DNA of 64,000 bases from NCBI GenBank assembly GCA_002269645.1, contig NIVC01002955.1:64684-128683 (forward strand). Direction: 5' to 3'. Under the pieces are notes generated by a model. That model had not been told where the DNA came from and did no database searches. It was given only the letters and a program-made list of their open reading frames with translations. This document shows positions 51,470 to 63,200 of the stretch, piece after piece. Within the stretch, counting starts at the first letter, position 1. Each line of letters starts with the position of its first letter. Source of the stretch: Macrostomum lignano (lineage: Eukaryota). A program made the position numbers and the translations under genes.

Positions 51470-52570
51470 TTTTAGAGAAAAATTAGATTTTTTTCAATGG
51501 GTAAGGACCCTGCGCTGATGATTTAAAGTTTTAGGGATCTGGTTTCGCGTTGCGAATTGAATGTGGGGAGAAGAATGCAGATTATTTTCTGATTGTTTTA
51601 GAAATGTTATGGGTGGATGTCGGTGTCAGTGAGCATAACAGGTGTTAGTGGACATCTGTTATGCTCTGATTCTGTCAGGGATGGCTACCGGACATTTGCC
51701 CTCCGGCATTTGCCCTCCGGACATTTGCCCTCCGGCATTTCCCCTCCGGACATTTGCCCTCGAGGACATTTGCCCTCGGGGACATTTGCCCTCCGGACAT
51801 TTGCCCTCCGGACATTTGCCCTCGGGGACATTTGCCCTCGGGGACATTTGCCCTCCGGACATTTGCCCTCCGGACATTTGCCCTCCGGACATTTCCCCTC
51901 TGGAAAAGTACAGGTAAGGCTGGGGATAGGGTAGGGCGCGGGTATATATTGCTTACTAGAAAAGGATGAGTTGTTGGCTGGAGAAGAACCCGATGGATGC
52001 AAGAGGCGGGAGGATGAGGTTGGTGCTGGAGGAACGACGGGTGGGTACAGGAGGAGGTGAGGTGAGTAATGTGCGAGGGGGTAAATTTGCAGAGGGCAAA
52101 TGTGCGGAGGGGAAATGTCCGGAGGGCAAATGTCCGGAGGGCAAATGTCCGGAGGGCAAATGTCCCCGAGGGCAAATGTCCCCGAGGGGAAATGTCCGGA
52201 GGGCAAATGTCCGGAGGGGAAATGTCCCGGAGGGCAAATGTCCGGAGGGCAAACGCCGCCGAGGGGAAGTGCCGGAGGGCAAGTGCCGGAGGGGAAGTGC
52301 CGGAGGGCAAATGTCCGGAAGCGGTCAGGGATAATAATGGATCGATTTAATAGGATTATGTTCGAAGTTTTCGGAGCAAGTGCGACCCCCTTTATTTCTG
52401 ATTCTGTCAGGGATAATATGGATGGATTTAGGTGGATTATGGAGGATGTTTTGTGAGCGAGTGCGACCCCCCTTTTTTTCTGATTCTGTCAGGGATAATA
52501 TGGATGGATTTAGGTGGATTATGGAGGAGGTGAAAAATTTTGTCCCAGAAGCCCCCTCATGCCTTCTACT
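51329..52570 (-). repeat. Right terminal inverted repeat (interrupted by a MITE)
   Basis: Inverted match to 37738-38356. Confidence 0.93.
51683..52323. mobile_element. Foldback/Mutator-like MITE inserted in the right TIR
   Basis: Inverted arms of 15-bp CCGGACATTTGCCCT modules around a unique core; 9-bp TSD GTCAGGGAT (51674-51682 / 52324-52332); absent from the left TIR. Confidence 0.85.
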
Positions 52571-52622
52571 TAGGAATTTGCAACGTGGCACAAATTTATT
52601 TTAAGAATTTGCATTCGAGCTC

Positions 52623-52629
52623 TATAAAA
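52623..52629 (+). promoter_or_regulatory. TATA box candidate of the WSC gene
   Basis: TATAAAA about 100 bp upstream of the ATG at 52724. Confidence 0.45.
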
Positions 52630-52723
52630 GAAAGAGAGGCTCAAGGCTGCCGAATCAAGTTTTCGACAAATACAGGAGTCTAGTAAAACAAACTCTCGAA
52701 GCAAAAAAGCAATTGAAGCAATC

Positions 52724-54315
52724 ATGCAGTTTGCAACTCTTGCTCTGTTCCTTCTTGTTGCGGTTTCAAGCGTCTTCGGAGGTAAGCCTCTATACTCGGG
52801 ATGGATTAGTATGAATTTAATTGAAATAGTATTAGTATTATCTTATGTGTATTTGCATTAAAAATTATACCGGGCTTTACTTTCAGGCTACGTCAGTAAG
52901 TGCCTACGCGTCATTCTAATGCCAATTGATATTTATTCATAGATTTTTAATTACTAGCTGAAAGTAAAAATTAATTTACGCATTTATTTAATTTTGGCTT
53001 TACAATTAGGATGTATTTCACTGATTTCGTATTTTAATTCTGAGTATTTGCGGTGCTATTTTACCAACAATAACCGAGTTCCCATATCTCAATTTCAGAT
53101 ATAACAGGTAAGTATCTATTAACCCCAAAACATATAAACGGCTAGGCTAAATAGGCTAGACGTTAAATAGGTGTACGCATTTATAAAGCAAGCATTCTCC
53201 AGCTACTTAGATAGAATGCATCTTAATTTGGTCCGTTATGCCAGGTGACATTTTGACTCGACTCGCTGACTTCCTTGTCCTGTTGAGTCTGTTGTGTATT
53301 TGTGCGCTTCTTCAGCTTCTCTCTCGTGTTGACCCTTATCTTCCTCATGCCTTTGCGAGAGTGCCTTACCTTCATAATGCGTCTTGCCCTTCTGATGGAC
53401 CATAATTTGTTTCATAGTGAAGCTGCAAAACCAATGCATATGTCTGACTATTCGAATCAATAGTTAGCCGCCACAGCGACCACTCCCTGGGCTTCGCAGC
53501 GACTAACACTACCTTATATGCGGCCAAGTTGATCTGCTTGCAGATGTGTTGTGACTCGGTAGCCTTGGAAATTGTATTCATATGTATTTATAATGCACTG
53601 GCGTACATTTCCTACCAACAATAATTGAACTTTTACCAAAAAATTTCAGGAACATATTATAAGGGTTGCTTTTTGCATTTTGAGCATGAAAGTGCTCTAA
53701 TTAGATTCGCCAAAGAGGACTCCAACATGTTTCTTCGTTCATGCATTTGGGCATGTCGAGACATGAAAAAACTATATTTTGGAGTACAAGAAACAAACTG
53801 CTATTGCGGAGACCAGATCATATCAGAGCCGATTTTGCCATCACAGTGCGATCGCAGGTGTCCGGGAAACAACCGGGAAACTTGTGGTGGCAGTTTTGGT
53901 ATGAGTATCTACGAAGTGCCACCTACTACGGCTGTAATAGTGCCGGGTAAGTGGACAGCCGTAGCCGTTTGATTTATTAGCTGTCAAAAATTTACAGAGT
54001 CACACTTTTGTGGTTTTTTCAGCACCGTCAAAGGGATGTTATTATTTTAAAAAAGATAAAGTCTTGGACTTCGAGTTGGAACAAAATTTTGCGGCTATGA
54101 ACCAAAGAATGTGTGCTGAAGGCTGCTTGCAATGGTCATACAAATATTTTGGTCTAGCAAAAGGCAACGAGTGCCACTGTGGCAATAGAATACTGCAAGG
54201 AAAAGCAGCGCCTAACAGGCTCTGTAACGCTCGATGCAAGAAAGGCATTGAAAATGAAACGTGTGGTGGCCCTAAGGCAATGGAAGTATTCGATTTGCTT
54301 ACTACACATATCTGA
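52724..54315 (+). CDS. Secreted protein with two WSC domains and two 9-nt micro-exons (221 aa)
   Basis: Exons 52724-52781 (signal peptide MQFATLALFLLVAVSSVFG), 52887-52895, 53099-53107, 53650-53946 and 54023-54315. WSC cysteine pattern GC...C...C...CYCG...C...C...TCGG occurs twice. Confidence 0.85.
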
Positions 54316-55483
54316 GCCGAACAGCTACTGACTAGCTGGAATTTGACCAAAACTTTAAACACACTATCTAACAGCAGAATGTAACAGTTCAAGCTCAATA
54401 AACATTGTTTAATGAAAAATCTAAGATCTGCATAAAAATTGATGCAATGAAAAATGATTGAGTCATTTCTTTCTTTCATTAAATAACCATCGACTCGCAC
54501 TGATAGTCTTTAAGTGAAAGTGGCAGAATATTCAAAGAGGCGCTTTGTCCATATGGGAAGAAATTGCTGTCATTCTTATATTCAGAAGCCTTCGAAGCAG
54601 CCTTCTCATCACAGTCTTCACTCGCAGCAACACACTTCTCCCATGGCTTAAGCATTCTTTCATCTTCCCCTGTTGCAACTAACTTGTGATCTTCTGATCT
54701 CTGTCGAGCTTTTTTTGATCTGCGAGCTCTGGTCGGTTCTTTGAGCTTAGAGCTCGCAAGGTTCTCTTTGATCCACTGGCAAGGCCGGCATGTTTTCAGG
54801 TATCTTTAGTTTTATGGCTCCAGTTGGATCTGCAAGCAGACCCCGTCAGTTCTTGTTTTTTTCAGTTCTCCATGGTTGAGTCAGTCGGTTGGGATCTGCC
54901 CGTAGAGCCGGCCGGTCTTTCGGACCGAGGTTGGGTTTAGAAAGGTCCCGTCCCTAGTTTGAGTGCATTATCCACAGTCGGCTCGAAGCCATGATACAAG
55001 TTGATGAGTTATTCACGAGGGCCGCGATACCTATCTGGCCGCTCCACCTGACCAGGCAGGATGCCAAAAAAAGATTCCTCAAGGCTGGCTTGACACCAGA
55101 AGGTGGACCACTAGCGACCGGACTACTCCCCGGCCTTCCAGCCTAGCAGCGCAGAGAACGCCTCAGGCGTTATAGGGCCGGGTACGTTTGTCAGAACCAA
55201 GGCCTGCAAGCCACATACCCCAGTTCGGCCGGAGCTACTGGATGGGTCGCCAGCACCAGAGACCGAGGGTCTGCCTTGCACACCAGTGGGGAAGAGTTCT
55301 CTAAGTTGGCTAACGAAACAGCTTGGGGGAGTCTGTGGCAAAAAGAGACAAATAGATAGTGCAGATCTCATACCAACCTTTACGTGCACAGTTGGGGGGG
55401 GGCGTGAAACATCGCAGACCATAGCCCATAGGCCTAGTCTGTCTCGTACTACAGAGGCATTTTGAAACGCCATCGGGGGGCCC

Positions 55484-55578
55484 TCTCACCGATCACCAGC
55501 CATGAGTCACTTGTGCCCCTCACCGATCACCAACCATGAGTCACTTGTGCCTCTCACCGATCACTAACCATGAGTCAC
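55484..55578. repeat. 34-bp minisatellite, left part (continues at 58042-58245)
   Basis: Unit TCTCACCGATCACCAACCATGAGTCACTTGTGCC. Confidence 0.92.
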
Positions 55579-58041
55579 GGGGGGCAAATGGAAACTTAAA
55601 CCGAGGGACTCTGTGACATCCGCCAGCTTTTCGCTCTTTGAGGAGGCTTTTCCGCCTTCTCTTTCGCTCAGGCCTGGCGTGGAAGCGGCCAGCTTCCTCG
55701 TTTTTGGTCTTCTGATGGAGGACGGATCCCCCCTGCTGCCTTTTTGCAGGGCAGGTGGCTGCGAAGTAGTGATGAAAGGCAAGGTGGCGTGCTGACTCCA
55801 CTTCTTTGGAATCTCGTCATGGACGAGCTCCTAACCGCTGACATTCCCAGCAGTATCACCAGGGCGGGCTACGCCGATGACGTTGCCGCGGTCGTCAGCG
55901 GACCCGACCCCGCCACTCTGCGCAACCTGATGCAGCAATTCGCCGACAAGGCGGCTGACTGGGCCACGCAACATCGCCTAAAAATCAGCGTCTAAGACTG
56001 TTGCTGTCGTCTTCAGCAAGCGCCGTGCGTGGGAGATGCAAAACCTCACTGTCTATGGCAGAAACATCCCCTTCAAGAAGGAGGTCAAATACCTCGGTGT
56101 GACGCTAACGCATGACCTGCGCTGGACGAAGCACCTTGAAGACGTCATTTTCCGGGCAAAACGCTGCTTTGCCCAGCTGCGCAGAGCCATCGGGCTGACG
56201 TGGGGCCTCTCGCCAAGAACGTTCCGTTGGATTTATACCGGCATCATCCGGCCCAGCATCACGTACGCGAGCCTCATCTGGACTAGCGCGCTAGAGCAGA
56301 AGACCGCCCACGAGCGTCTTTACCAACTGCAGGGCAGAATCTGTCGCACCATCACAGGTGCGTACCCGTCAACCCCCTTTTTTATTAGAGGCAGGGGGGT
56401 TGTGTGCACCCTGGCGCAATTTAAGCGTCATTGGCACACAACCGGCGAGAGGCATTACTGCCCATTCCGCCGACTCCCCTGAGCAGGCATACAAGCGCGC
56501 GGATACGTTACGCAGGCACACACTCACACAGGAGTGTACAGCGGCCCTAACTTTATGAATTATTAGGCATGTACACTTCACTGCGCCTTGGGGGGTTGGC
56601 TCTCAAGGCCGTTAATTGCACAAGCGAGCCAAGCCAAGATTCCAATCCAGCCCCAAATTAATGTGGCTGCACTTGGAATCGAGCCTGGGTCGCGGCACAC
56701 CAGAGCAGCTGCGCTACCGCTGGGCTACGGCCCCCCTTCCGTCAACCCCCTACGAGGGGCTGAACACTAGCCTTAATTTGCCTCCGCTTCACCTATTTAT
56801 TACGGCGGAGGCTATGAAGTCCGCCTCTCGACTTATCAGAGACAAAACGTTAAATAACGTACCCTCTGACTTTATGCCAATGAAAACCCTAAGCCCACAT
56901 ATGGATTTTGTCCGCCGCGACCTCATTGTCCAGGTCCATGTGGATAGTCGCCTCCCCGCTCTCAACATCAGGAGGGGCTTCTAGGCCGCCATCCCTGGCC
57001 GAGACAGCATTCCGCTGAATGTCGGCGTGAACCGGCGCAGCCAGGGCATTCACTGCTTCACCGACGGCTCGTTGTTTAATGGCCACGCTGGAGCGGGTAT
57101 TGCCTTATTCCACGAAAGTAAGATGCTCTTCTAAGAAAGTTTGCACCTCCTCGGTGAGAACACCTCGATTTTCCAAGCTGAAATTTGCGCCATTGAGCAG
57201 TGCGCCCAGCACCTACTCCAGGCGAACGATAATAACTTCAATATTAACTTTTACACTGATAGCAAAGCCGCTATCAAGGCTTTAACCACTGAGAAAATCT
57301 CCGCTGCTACAGTATCTCAATGCCACCGAGGTGTGCAATCTCTCTCAGTCCTTAACAGGATTAGAATTATATGGGCGCCCGGCCACATCAACATCCTGGG
57401 CAACGAGCTCGCGGACTTCCTCGCCAAGGAGGGCAGCAACCCAGACGGCAACCACCGTCTGATGAGGCTACCCACTCCCAGGTCGCAATTCACCCGCCAT
57501 ATCAACAGGTGGCTCCATCAGCAGCACCAGCTCCACTGGAACAGCTGCACCGACAACAGGCAGAGCCGCTCTGCCATGCCTAACCTGAACAGGAAAGTCT
57601 CTGATTATCTGATCTCGCTTAACAAAACCGACCTCAGGGAGATGTACATGGTCTTAACCGGCCATGGTTTCTTCCAGAGACATATCTTGTTGCAAACCAG
57701 TTGCCCTCCCACCTGTCCTTTTTTGGCATAAGAAAGGAGACCGCGGAGCATCACGTCACCTTCTGGCCTTACTTCAATAAGGCGCGGCACGAATACCTCG
57801 GCCATCCCCAGCGGATGGACGAGCTGACCACCTCGGACAACATCCGTGACCTTCGAACCTTCGTCCGGGACTCCGGCCGGATGAGGGTCGCCGATGCCTC
57901 CACTGCAAACCTGCCGACTACTGGCGGTGGCTGGGCGCACCCCCAGGGTTAATCCTTAAGCTCCTTTACCTTAGGGTTGCGATAGGGGCCTCGCGGCCTA
58001 TTCGCGGCGCCTGCGCCCCCCGTCAGTAGTAAGTAAGTAAG
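55579..58041 (+). mobile_element. 5'-truncated dead non-LTR retrotransposon (R1/LOA-like: RT + RNase H + CCHC remnant)
   Basis: QGGVLTPLLW and YADD (RT); [15 protein letters not shown] and PGH...GNELAD (RNase H); (TAAG)n tail; 13-bp TSD TAACCATGAGTCA (55565-55577 / 58042-58054). Has stops, frameshifts and a SINE insertion. Confidence 0.88.
56379..56738 (-). mobile_element. tRNA-derived SINE, copy 2, nested in the LINE
   Basis: Reverse complement of 19232-19595; 13-bp TSD CCGTCAACCCCCT (56366-56378 / 56739-56751). Confidence 0.92.
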
Positions 58042-58245
58042 TAACCATGAGTCATTTGTGCCTCTCACCGATCACCAACCATGAGTCACTTGTGCCTCTT
58101 ACCAATCACCAACCATAAATCACTTGTGCCTCTCACCGATCACCAACCATGAGTCACTTGTGCCTCTCACCGATCACCAACCATGAGTCACTTGTGCCTC
58201 TCACCGATCACCAACCATGAGTCACTTGTGCCTCTCACCCCAATC
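58042..58245. repeat. 34-bp minisatellite, right part
   Basis: Same unit as 55484-55578. Confidence 0.92.
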
Positions 58246-58399
58246 ACCTACCAAGCTTCAGCTTGTAATTGGGATGCAGAAGGTACCTTGCTTCTGTCAT
58301 GTATGCAGGTGTTTTAGTGGGTGTCTACCATGGTTGCAGGTGTTTTAGTGGGTGTCTACCATGTGTGCAGTTTGCTTGATTTTAAAATGTTTCTACATG

Positions 58400-60246
58400 G
58401 GGGGGGGGTTTCACTAGGCCGAAATTTCACTTTGCCGAAATGACTAGCATGCTCTTTCATATGGCCGAAACTTCACTAGGCCGAAACTTCACTTTGACGA
58501 AAAATCATTTTAGCAGCCTCTTTCACTAGGCCGAAACTTCACTAGGCCGAAACTTCACATTGCCGAAATGACTAGACTAGTTAGAAGACATTAGCGTTTC
58601 AGTGCCCGAGCAGTACTATTCCTGATTATCTCCGAGTAGGTTGACTAAATAGACTAAAGTTGCCAGGGAAACGGGGCGGACTATTCTAAGGGGGCCTGAC
58701 TATTGCGTAATGGGGAAACAGTGACTTAGAACGACTCATAGCGATTCAAAAATACGAAATACGAACTATTAATTTTTTTAATTACTAAACTACTAAATAC
58801 TGGTATCATGAAACTAAAAATTATTACCGTTACATACTATATTTTTCAGTTTAAATATACTCCAAAACATCTCCGAAAGTCTTTAATGATCGAAGATCTC
58901 TTTGAAAAAATTTACCATCTTTGGAATTTGTCTTCACAAATGAAATGTCTTCAGTGAATGTCTTCAATCATCTTGCTTGCGTATATGCTGACAGTTCACA
59001 GAAGCCAGAGAATTAGAGATTAAGAGCTATGCATATTCTATGAATCGGAATCTAGGCAAATCTGCATACTTTCAAAGGAGCCTTAAAACAACGAGCACTC
59101 TACAACTTAAAAAGTCCATCGGACTGAGACAAAAAATGCAATGGAAATAAGCAATCAAAGTTAACCCTAAAAATGAAGTAATTATGGAACGTCGAAAATA
59201 TTCCATACAAAAACTGAGTGACCATATCGTGCTCCCACTTTAGTAGCAGTAACGCTTAGGTCAAAATAAAGAAACTGGTGCAGAGAAATCGCCACTGCTT
59301 GCTTGCGGTTCCATTTTGGAGTCTTAAAGTGCACACCCTTTCGACCATTAGTAAGAAGGATGCTGCTAAAATGATTTTTCGGCAAAGTGAAGTTTCGGCC
59401 TAGTGAAAGAGGCTGCTAAAATGATTTTTCGGCAAAGTGAAGTTTCGGCCTAGTGAAAGAGGCTGCTAAAATGATTTTTCGGCAAAGTGAAGTTTCGGCC
59501 TAGTGAAGGAGGCTGCTAAGATGATTTTTCGGCCTAATGAAGTTTCGGCCTTATGAAAGAGCATGCTAGTCATTTCGGCAAAGTGAAGTTTCGGCCTAGT
59601 GAAGTTTCGGTCTAGTGAAAGAAGCTGCTAAAATGATTTTTCCGGCATTGTGAAGTTTCGGCCTAGTGAAGTTTCGGCCTTATGAAAGAGCGTGCTAGTC
59701 ATTTCGGCAAAGTGAAGTTTCGGCCTAGTGAAGTTTCGGCCTAGTGAAAGAGGCTGCTAAAAAGATTTTTCGGCAAAGTGAAGTTTCGGCCTAGTGAAGT
59801 TTCGGCCTTATGAAAGAGCATGCTAGTCATTTCGGTAAAGTGAAGTTTCGGCCTAGTGAAGTTTCGGCCTAGTGAAAGAGGCTGCTAAAATGATTTTTCG
59901 GCAAAGTGAAGTTTCGGCCTAGTGAAGTTTCGGCCTTATGAAAGAGCATGCTAGTCATTTCGGTAAAGTGAAGTTTCGGCCTAGTGAAGTTTCGGCCTAG
60001 TGAAAGAGGCTGCTAAAATGATTTTTCGGCAAAGTGAAGTTTCGGCCTAGTGAAGTTCGGCCTTATGAAAGAGCATGCTAGTCATTTCGGCAAAGTGAAG
60101 TTTCGGCCTAGTGAAGTTTCGGCCTAGTGAAAGAGGCTGCTAAAATGATTTTTCGGCAAAGTGAAGTTTCGGCCTGGTGAAATTTCGGCCTAGTGAAAGA
60201 GGCTGCTTTTCGGCGAAGTGAAATTTCGGCCTAATGAAAGCGCCCC
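58400..60246. mobile_element. Foldback-type non-autonomous DNA transposon (~1.85 kb)
   Basis: Inverted modular arms (AAGTTTCGGCCTAGTG units) at 58400-58575 and 59365-60246, G-rich termini, and 8-bp TSD TCTACATG (58392-58399 / 60247-60254). Confidence 0.82.
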
Positions 60247-62948
60247 TCTACATGTAGCTATTAGCTCGTAATGAGCACAATAGACTGTTAAACAATTATT
60301 AAATTTTGAATTGTATCCACTAAAATTTTATTTTTGGAATTTGTTTTACGTAAAAGACTTTGGATTCGAAAGTTTTCAAATGATTTGAATGTTTCAACCA
60401 AGAGAATGGGAGGTCGGATTACATTTTTTTCTGAGCGATTTCTTGGAGGTTTTGTCAATGCCCTGAGTGCTTTGAAAATTAAAAAAAGTGAAATGGTAAA
60501 TACTACCTTTATGGAATTAGAAAAAATTAAAATAAAAACTTTTTAATTTGTAAAGACATTCCTGCGATTCCTGTAATTCCTGCTGTCAATGTGTTCCGCC
60601 GACTGCTTGCTTTACATACTTTTTCATCATTCCAATAATCCAATATTCAATATACCCCCTTGAGGACCCCCTCTTTATTCTGGTTTCCCCTCTATGAACC
60701 AGTGCGAGTATTTTATCACCCAAATGCACACACCAAAACCTCATTTCGAATTCACAATCTTTTTATTCTTTGCTAATCCAATATTTTCGCTGATATATTA
60801 TAAGCCCGGGCTGACCCGAGGGTCCCTTCAGACCTAATCGTTTAAAAACAGAAAAGACATTCCTAACTAGCTGAGTGCAAATAATTCTGAGTGCACCTGC
60901 CTTGATAAATGTTGCTGCAAAATGCTTCCTTGACATTTTACCTGCAGAAACAGAATTTAAACGCTGCAACAGCTTCTAAATGTGGCTTGTTAGTTGGTTA
61001 ATTGTTTTATATCTTGTTGCGGCTGTACTATCCGCTGAACTTATATTAGCCGTCAGTTTATGCATGCTAAACCATAAAAACTCTGCACAAGCAGATCCGC
61101 TCGTATGGCTCGTATGTTTCTTGCTTCAGCGTCCAGCTCTGCGTCTACAGAGCGTTGTTTGTGCAATAGTTGAACGTTCTTGGGTGCTCTTTTGAGTTGA
61201 TTATCCCACCGCTTTCATCAGGTTGTAATAGTTCCAATTTTCCTGCCTGTTCGAGTCCTACAGATGCCTCCAAATCTGTTGTAGGGTTATTTTAATCTTA
61301 ATCGCTGTTATCAATTCGTTACATCCATTTCGGGATTTTCTCAGTATTAAGGAAAATTTGCTATTTCTATTACTAGCTATAAGGAGTATGCTTGATCGAG
61401 ACCCCTGTAAATGCCCCACAGTTTCCCCCTGGTGCTTTGAAAAGGTGTTTTTGAGTATCTATATTGATGAATAAATGTTGTGATACTATGAAGCTTGCGT
61501 ACTCCTATTTACCGTTATGTGTTGTGTTCCTATTTATTTATGCGCATATACTCAAAAGCTTATTTTTCTGCGTACATACTACTTGTTGTGCTTTGCTATT
61601 TATCCTCCTACTAGTAGTCGTTCTGCATATTTGCTCTTTTTTACCTTTCCAAATCGTGAGGCGAAAATAGGTGCGGTGCTTGATTATGTGTAAATACTTG
61701 CCTGCTTGTCTAATTTATTGTGAATATTTTTCCCAATAATTAAAATGCACGCTTGGTCGGAATTGAAATAATCGGTTTTCCCGCATTACTATAACTTCGC
61801 TGAAGCGAAGAAAGAGATCTAGGCTAAATTAGTGAAGTTTTAAATAAGTTTAGGCGGTCAACCTGAATTGATACGAAATTCTCCAAATCTTTAATTGCTC
61901 TCGAAATGACAAATCTAAGTTGAATTTCGTGGCCGTGAGATACTACTGACATGTAGTAATATTGAGTGCAAAACAAAATAGGATGATTGCGTGAATTAAA
62001 TTGAGAAAGAATGCGATTCAAGCGGAGTTATAAAGACAGAAACATTCGAAAGAACTTTTATAATAAAACACTGATGTCCAAAAATTATTCGGCCTCTGTT
62101 CTGAAACTCTACCAATGATCTACTGTATGTTAAAATATCTATTCTGTACTGCACTGAATGACGAATGAGTAGAAGGGAGTGTACCCTGAAGGTTGCTGGG
62201 ATTGTGGGATGGGTCAGGGATTATCTAATTGATTGGAGTGGACGGTAGATTATCACAAAATCACAAAGCCGAAAGGAGACTTATCGATTGGAGATCGGGA
62301 GGTGCAAAGTCGGCGAAAGTGGCGAGGCGCGGGCTGGCGAACGAGATGTTGTTGCGAGATTCGAAGGCGAGAATGATAGATTGTGGATGACATGAGTGGA
62401 TGGCTGTGTCAGTCGTCTTTATTCTTCTGAAACTCGGTGGTAGATGCTATTCTCCCCCAGCAGCGTCTCAGCCAGCCAACGAAGATGATTCGAGGGTCCC
62501 TTAATCCTCTGAGGGTCGCCATTCGCCAGCAGCCGCCAATCGATCTCAGAAACTCCCGGCACGTGGACTTCACAGGCGGGAGGGGAGAATGTGCAACGCA
62601 TTTCCCAAACTCCTCGCCCATCCTGGCTCGAGTCGACTCCGCGGCAAAGGAATTAAGCCATCAAGAGGCTTACCAGGTAGAAAGCCTCTAGTTCACAGCT
62701 TTTTATGTGAAAGCTGTGATTTAGTACAAAACTGCGCTCATTTTTCTTCTTTGTTTTGAGTTAATCTGCGATCAACTCACAAATAGGGGGGGGGCATATG
62801 ATGAGAAATGCACTTTTTTCCAAATTTCACTCTCAAGCATGGGTTCCGAACCTGTTAGCCTACTAACAGCAGGCTCTCTCCTTTTTATGTGATTTTCCTA
62901 GAATTCCTATTAGTAGGATTTTTGTAGCTATATCTTTTTGCCATACCT

Positions 62949-63200
62949 GTAGTCATAATAACATAGGCGCGGTCTTCGCTACTTTTGGGGTCAAAAATCA
63001 CTGTTTGTGAGCTTGTCTGACAGCCACCTGCGCCTACTTAGTGTTGAGGCTGGCGCCAGATGGTCTGAGCAGATGCGGGCGGTAGCTTTTTTCTCATCAT
63101 TTTTGAAGGGCCATCAAATTTATGAGGTCAGGACCTATTGTTCGTGTTCACTCAAGCGTTTGACAGCTCTGACAGCTATGCGTTTTACCCCTAAAAGTAC
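62949..63200 (+). repeat. Dispersed ~250-bp repeat, copy 2
   Basis: Homologous to 5439-5683. Confidence 0.85.

Larger units (their letters stand above)
37738..52570. mobile_element. Maverick/Polinton (adintovirus-like endogenous dsDNA virus), 14.8 kb
   Basis: Termini AGTAGAAGGCATGAGG...CCTCATGCCTTCTACT, ~620-bp TIRs, and integrase, pPolB, protease, ATPase, MCP, mCP and PLA2 genes between them. Confidence 0.96.

Noticed and set aside
51617-52456. Many PEGKC/GGQMS/HLPSG ORFs
   Set aside because: Translations of the 15-bp modules of the foldback MITE.
53236-53581. Short minus-strand ORFs in the WSC intron and at 54500-55473
   Set aside because: No recognisable motifs; probably decayed TE sequence that I cannot assign.
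57458-57470. CTGATGAG as a hammerhead ribozyme core
   Set aside because: It lies within LINE coding sequence, with no supporting stems or GAAA partner.
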